DNA of 63,916 nt, counting the filler, from Craspedostauros australis (taxonomy: Eukaryota): the NCBI GenBank assembly GCA_030167865.1. It is 10 parts of 10 records of this genome, joined end to end, with 100 filler letters (N's around TTAATTAATTAA, not from the genome) between each part and the next. Parts side by side here need not be neighbours in the genome. Positions count along the whole stretch, not along the records: positions 57,703 to 60,653 come from JALAGF010003890.1; positions 60,754 to 62,578 come from JALAGF010003892.1; positions 62,679 to 63,916 come from JALAGF010003977.1; 7 more parts are not named here. The stretch is one strand, 5' to 3'. Both the position numbers and the translations under genes were made by a program. Under the pieces are notes generated by a model. That model was given only the letters and a program-made list of their open reading frames with translations. It had not been told where the DNA came from and did not search any database. Position 1 is the stretch's first letter; the number at the start of each line of letters is the position of its first letter. This document shows, piece by piece, positions 58,692-63,916 of this stretch.

Positions 58692-60653
58692 ATGAACACA
58701 TCGAACCCCTCAAAGATGAACGTTGCTTCGCCATCCACCATCATGTCATCATGCAACAAACAATCGAAACAGAGCAAACAGAAGCAGGTCAAGCAGATGA
58801 AGCAGATGAAGAGTGCAGCCGAAGACAATGAAGAGAAGCAGCAGTCTCAGGCACTCGAGGGCCTCCTTGGCTTGTCATCCAGCAGTCTCAAGAGTGCCAC
58901 ATCCACAGCCACATCAACAGACAACAAGAAGAAGACTGTCAAGAAGCGCAAGACCAAGAAGACATCGCAAGGACCATCCAAGAGAGCCCGCAAGACCGCA
59001 GCATCTCCCACACCATCATCATCCTCCTCCTCATCGACCTTGTCTTCATCCTCGTCAACTCTGTCTTCATCTTCATCCGCAGCAGACGCACATGCAACCA
59101 AGACGAAGCAGAAGACCGACGAGGGCGTCGCCGACCCCACAGACAACGACGTCCTGTGCGGCAGAGGCGGCAAGATCCCCTTCCACAGCGGCAACCGACA
59201 CTTCCGCGAGCTCGTGGCCAAGTACCGATCGGCCTACCTGCGCGCACGCAAGAACGAGAAGCCGGAGATCTCGCGTGGCATCGTGCGTCTCATCCAGTCC
59301 ACCGGCGGCCGCTTCCTCAAGCAGAATGCGCAGTCAGGTCTGTGGCATGAGATCTCGGATGCGGCCGCGCTCGATAAGACCTCGCAGCAGATGCGCACCG
59401 TCTTTCGCGATGAGATCGACGAGTGCAAGCGATTCAAGGCCAAGATGGAGATGGCGCACGGCGGGCAGGTCAACGGCAAGTACCCAAGGAACGGCCAGGC
59501 GCCCTCGCATCACGATATCACGCACAGTATGCTGCGTGAGATCCAGGAGGCCACGGCCATCACCAACGCCAGCAAGATCAGAAGCAAGATCAGAAGCAAC
59601 ATCAGAAGCAACAGCGATGCGAGTTTGGGCGGTGGCAGCAACCACAGCGCCACGGCATCGGTTAGCAACCACAGGAGTCGAAGCGTCAGCATGAGCAGCT
59701 ACGCCATGATCAACAGCGCAAGCCAACTCCAGAAGGCGCTGGCATCCCACCCGCAGATGCAAGCCGCTCCGCAAGCAGCAGCAGCAACGATCACTGCGCC
59801 AATCTCCATGCCGATGGTCCTGAGCGCCACCAACAACACCAACGTCACCATGCAGGCACAGATGCAACAGCAAGCACTGGCACAGGCCAACGATGTCACC
59901 ACATTCAGCGACGCCGAGGACATCAAGCCCGTTCCGGCGTCCACGGACGGCATCGCCCACTACACAAGCGATGACATCTTGTGCGGACGCGGCGGCGCCA
60001 TGACGAAGCACCCCGGCAACCAGAAGTACAGACGCCTCATCGACCAGTTCCGCACGGTCTACTTCAAGGCCAAGAAGAAGGACAAGCCGATGGTGTCTCG
60101 CAAGGTCGTGCGCATCATCCGATCGCAGGGTGGTCGATTCCTCAAGCAGAAGGAAGATGCCCTGTGGTATGAGGTCGGCGATCACATCGCCTTTGAGGTA
60201 CGTTCCCGTCTCAGTTGGGGCTAATGCCTATCATTGCTATTGTTCTATCACGCTTGATCAAATCTCACACCTCTTCTCCTTCCATTGCATCTCTTCCGAT
60301 CAATCACATATCCTGTACCCTCTACCAACCCACAGAAAACAAGCCAACAGATCCGCGACAAGGATGAGCTGCAAAAGCTCGTCGCCAAGCAGCTCCATGA
60401 CGCACAGGAGACGACGCAGCTCATGATCGCCACGCAACGACAGATGCAGCAGGCTCAGCAACGTGAGCAGTACATCCGCCAGCAGGCCGCCATCGTCGCC
60501 GCGCACCAGCGGTTGGCCAGTGAAGAAGTTGCCACGCTGGAATTGGCCAACGCGTTGTCGGCGGCTGCGCCAGGTGCCATGAACACAGGATCGCAACTGC
60601 TGCAGTCCCTGCCGCGCCGTGTCAGTCTCCTCTCCACCACGGATCTGAGACGA
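58692..60653 (+). CDS. Protein with two DUF6824 domains, 3'-truncated; intron 60198-60335
   Basis: PTDNDVLCGRGG...HSGN...GGRFLK...W...KTSQQMR and DDILCGRGG...HPGN...GGRFLK...WYEV; splicing restores FE|KTSQQIRD. Confidence 0.88.
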
Positions 60654-60753
60654 NNNNNNNNNNNNNNNNNNNNNNNNNNNNNNNNNNNNNNNNNNNNTTA
60701 ATTAATTAANNNNNNNNNNNNNNNNNNNNNNNNNNNNNNNNNNNNNNNNNNNN

Positions 60754-61776
60754 AGCCAGTACGTCGTCAAAGGTGCTGGCTGACCTCATGGACATATCAG
60801 CAAATGAACCTTTCCTCGCAATTGATCTCGCGTCTGCACCATTCTCCATCATACCATCCATGCTTTGGTTTTGTAGCCAGCGTTCAGTCGCATCCATGCT
60901 GCCTTCGTTGTCCTGCACGAATAGCGAAGATAGCTCAGGAATTGCCTTGCACAAGAGTTCCAAGCGCTTTGAATCCACTCTGCGACGGATCATCGTCATG
61001 ACGCGCTGATATTCCCCGACGTCCTCGGACGCAGAGATCCGACCAAAGAAGTTCGAGAGTGCATCGGCAATTCCTGAAAGATTGCCGCCTGCGTTGTACT
61101 GATCATATTTCCCCTTTCCGAAGTGGCATGGAGGAGCCTGTCGTCTTCGCTTCTTCGTTGCCGTGGCACCCCCCTGTTGACCGCAGCATGAATCGGTTGC
61201 GGTTCCCTTCATGTGCGCCGATCCGTCTTTCCGTGATGCAGCATGCTCGTCCTCGTCCTCGTTGAGACCGTCCAAGAAGCGGTCCACCAACGCCGATTTG
61301 CCCGTGCCAGAGTAGCCGTGAATGAGAACAACCTGAGCTACCCGATTGCTGGCGCCATCCTGCTCTGAGGCTTTCGATGGCTTGCGGCACATTCGCTCGT
61401 AGATGGAGTTCAACCGTTCCAACTCATCTTCGCGTCCAATGAAGGCATCGAAACGGAATTTCTTCTCATCAGTCAAGTGGTTGTCATCAGCCCTTCGGTG
61501 GCCACCATCACTGCCGTCGTCGTCAACAGACCCATCGTCCCCATCGTTCTTGTGAAACTGGCTTCCATGCGCGATCTTATCCGTCGTCGCACTATCAGAT
61601 TCCTTGGTGACGCGTGGTTCCACGTCTTCGCCCTCGTCCTCCTGCTTGCGTGGATAGATGTTCCTCTGGCTCTGTGACGATCGTTCCGCTGTGTGAAGCT
61701 TCCGGGAGCTTAACCGCGAGTGACCAGAGTGGTCAATCGGGCGGAATGACGGCACCGTCGTTGTTGAGTGGCGCAT
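60754..61776 (-). CDS. AAA_16/STAND-like P-loop ATPase, 3'-truncated
   Basis: FIGREDELERL, VVLIHGYSGTGKSALV (Walker A), GKYDQ and IPEL..L. Confidence 0.85.
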
Positions 61777-62240
61777 GGTCCGGACGAGTGCATTTGGACC
61801 GATGAAGGTGTGTCGGCTCTGCTTGATTGATGGATTGATTGTGAGTGTGCCTCCCTCTCACGCAAAACATGCTCTGTATGTATGACTATCGATCTGTCCA
61901 CTCGGCTCTGTCTGTCGCAAATGCACGCACCAACCGCGGAAGAGTGACTTCGCAGTGCTCGCTTTCATCTGTCTGCGTCCACGTGCGGATGCGTTGGTTG
62001 ATGTTGTTTTATGGCAATGAGCCAATTGCGCTTAACCCGGCGTGGTTGCGCGGGTCTGCGCGTATTTTCTGGAACACCCAATATTTTGTCCGATTTTCAC
62101 TTTTCTAGCTCGTGACTTACTTTAACGGGACTTAATACACGGCGTTGAGACAGAAAAGTGAATCAGCCGAAATCCCAAAAAGCATACTTAGGGTTACGCT
62201 ATTTTACTTCAATTGTGGTTCATTCACGCCCATCAAGAGA

Positions 62241-62457
62241 GACCGGACAAAACCGGAGAAACTAGGTCAGACCGGACAGACCGGACAAAATGACCGGACA
62301 AAACCGACAGACCGGACAAAACGACCGGACAAACCGGACAGACCGGACAAAACAACCGGACAAACCGGACAAAATGACCGGACATACCGGACAAAACGGC
62401 CGGACAGAATGGATATACCGGACAAAATTAACGAACTTAGCGGACACTGTCCGTTAA
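62241..62457 (+). repeat. Array of 14 perfect CCGGACA motifs (9-13 bp spacing) ending in palindrome CGGACA-C-TGTCCG
   Basis: Counted directly; palindrome at 62441-62453. Confidence 0.92.
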
Positions 62458-63032
62458 CAGTGTACCCAAACCAGCACTGAAGGTCGGCGTGGCAACGTGC
62501 GATGGATCAAATGGGAGCAACATTGCGAGTGTCTGGGTTGAGTGTGGAGGACTACCTCCGGCAAGTATTTTTGGTTGANNNNNNNNNNNNNNNNNNNNNN
62601 NNNNNNNNNNNNNNNNNNNNNNTTAATTAATTAANNNNNNNNNNNNNNNNNNNNNNNNNNNNNNNNNNNNNNNNNNNNCCATTCACTCGCACCATCCTAT
62701 GGCGTGTACGTGTATTCTGCGATCTGCGTTTGTGGAGAGGGTGGTATCTACCTGCTCCGACTATCGCAAACTCGACAAGCATTCACGAAACACCATTCGT
62801 AAGCTAGTGCACGATCATATCCAGAAGTCTTAATGGGAGAGAGAAGGTCGCATGCCCGTGCAAACTGTGATCTGTTCTATTGTATTACATTCTTCAAATA
62901 TTCTTCAGAATGTCCACCCCACCTGAAAGTGGCACCACCGATCGGATCCTGCATACACACCCCTTCTCCGATTTCCCCATTGCTCCACCTCTCCATCCAT
63001 CCACGCATGTGAAAGTTGGACACCCAATGCCT

Positions 63033-63916
63033 TCATTCCGAGCGATTGTGATGCGCTTCCTCCATTTCTTTCTTCGCCTCAGCAACCTGAAGCTTCAGAT
63101 TGAGTTCCTGAAGGCGCAGATCGTGGTAGTTGCGCTTGAGTTTGGCAAGCCGGAGTTCCTCGCGAATCATGTCCATCTCCTCGCTGCATTGGAGTGATGT
63201 GCTTCTTGCGGAGTTTCGGTCTTCTGTTCGCGTGACTTGCGTGGTTTCTGAACGTACCTGCGACGTGCCGTCTGTGTTGTCACGACGGCGTCCGCGATGC
63301 TGGCGACGACGACTGGCTGTTGTGGCAACGTTATTGTCGTCTCCGGCAGCGTCGCTGTTTTCCACCTGGGCGCTATCATCCGTGTTGCCGTCCTCCTCAT
63401 CGTCTTTGAAGACGATACGCGTGCTCCTGTCAGCATCTGCGGATACGCCACGACGCTTGCGTTTGCGCGATGGGGCATAGGCAGTCGTCGCCTGTTGGTC
63501 ATTGGATCCCCGCATCTGGGTGGCGCTGTCGTTGTCGCTGCTGCTCTCCGTGTTGTCGTAGCTGGTGACAGTGGCAGGCGCGTACTCGTTATCGTCGTCG
63601 TCGTCATCGTTATCGTCGTCGTCGTCATCGTCGCCATCGTCTAGATTGTGTTGATCGTCCCCGCTCGTTCTGACGGAATTGTCTCCGTCTTCGCTTGCAT
63701 CATCGCCGTCAGTCTCACCATGAGGCGATGGACCTTGATGGTTGCAACGGTTGCGAGCGCGGACTGATGCCGCCACTGATTTGCGTGCGAGGAGGCGAAA
63801 AGGTCGAAGTGTGGGTTGTGGACTGGACTGAGCAGAGGCAGGTGAGGAAGCATCTGCAATTTGTGGCGCGTCCTTCAGAAGTCTCCAGCACTCCACGAGG
63901 GCGTGGACGTTGAGAC
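63033..63916 (-). CDS. Myb/NAM-associated-like protein, paralog 3, 5'-truncated
   Basis: LVECWRLLKDAPQI, poly-Asp tract, RKRKRR and C-terminal MDMIREELRLAKLKRNY...LQELNLKL, matching paralogs 1 and 2. Confidence 0.75.
   Translation of the reverse strand, partial: LNVHALVECWRLLKDAPQIADASSPASAQSSPQPTLRPFRLLARKSVAASVRARNRCNHQGPSPHGETDGDDASEDGDNSVRTSGDDQHNLDDGDDDDDDDNDDDDDDNEYAPATVTSYDNTESSSDNDSATQMRGSNDQQATTAYAPSRKRKRRGVSADADRSTRIVFKDDEEDGNTDDSAQVENSDAAGDDNNVATTASRRRQHRGRRRDNTDGTSQVRSETTQVTRTEDRNSARSTSLQCSEEMDMIREELRLAKLKRNYHDLRLQELNLKLQVAEAKKEMEEAHHNRSE

Noticed and set aside
62145..62480. ORF with GQT/DRT/PDK repeats
   Set aside because: Translation by-product of the CCGGACA array; irregular spacing shifts frame between units.
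1..63916. A single multi-gene cluster or operon-like system spanning the window
   Set aside because: Ten separately assembled contigs; adjacency across linkers is not evidence of linkage.

Overview
Eukaryotic nuclear DNA, almost certainly from a diatom (Bacillariophyta). Support: GT-AG introns, a diatom-type HSF, two DUF6824 proteins, a bipartite plastid-targeting presequence, and a secreted protein with RXL/KXXK motifs. The window is not one locus. It is ten assembly contigs joined by artificial 100-nt linkers (44 N + TTAATTAATTAA + 44 N), so gene neighbourhood across linkers is meaningless. Genes: a head-to-head inverted pair of sulfotransferase-like/class-IV aminotransferase fusions, HSF, DnaJ, a membrane-anchored cyclophilin-like protein, an RNI-type LRR protein, a GPI-type two-domain Cu-only-SOD-like protein, three paralogous Myb/NAM-associated-like proteins, a disrupted EcKL/APH kinase (seen twice because two contigs overlap by 2038 bp), a secreted Cys-rich 18-aa-repeat protein, HBS1, a JMJD6-like JmjC protein, a polyQ protein, TSPO, CRAL-TRIO+DUF6824, a GT-A glycosyltransferase, an H+-PPase, a double-DUF6824 protein and an AAA_16/STAND-like ATPase. 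There are also transposon-like fragments and periodic non-coding motif arrays. The most interesting candidates are the putative biosilica-targeted disulfide solenoid, the tandem Cu-only-SOD-like surface protein and the Harbinger-like Myb family. All family calls come from motif recognition by eye; no searches were run.
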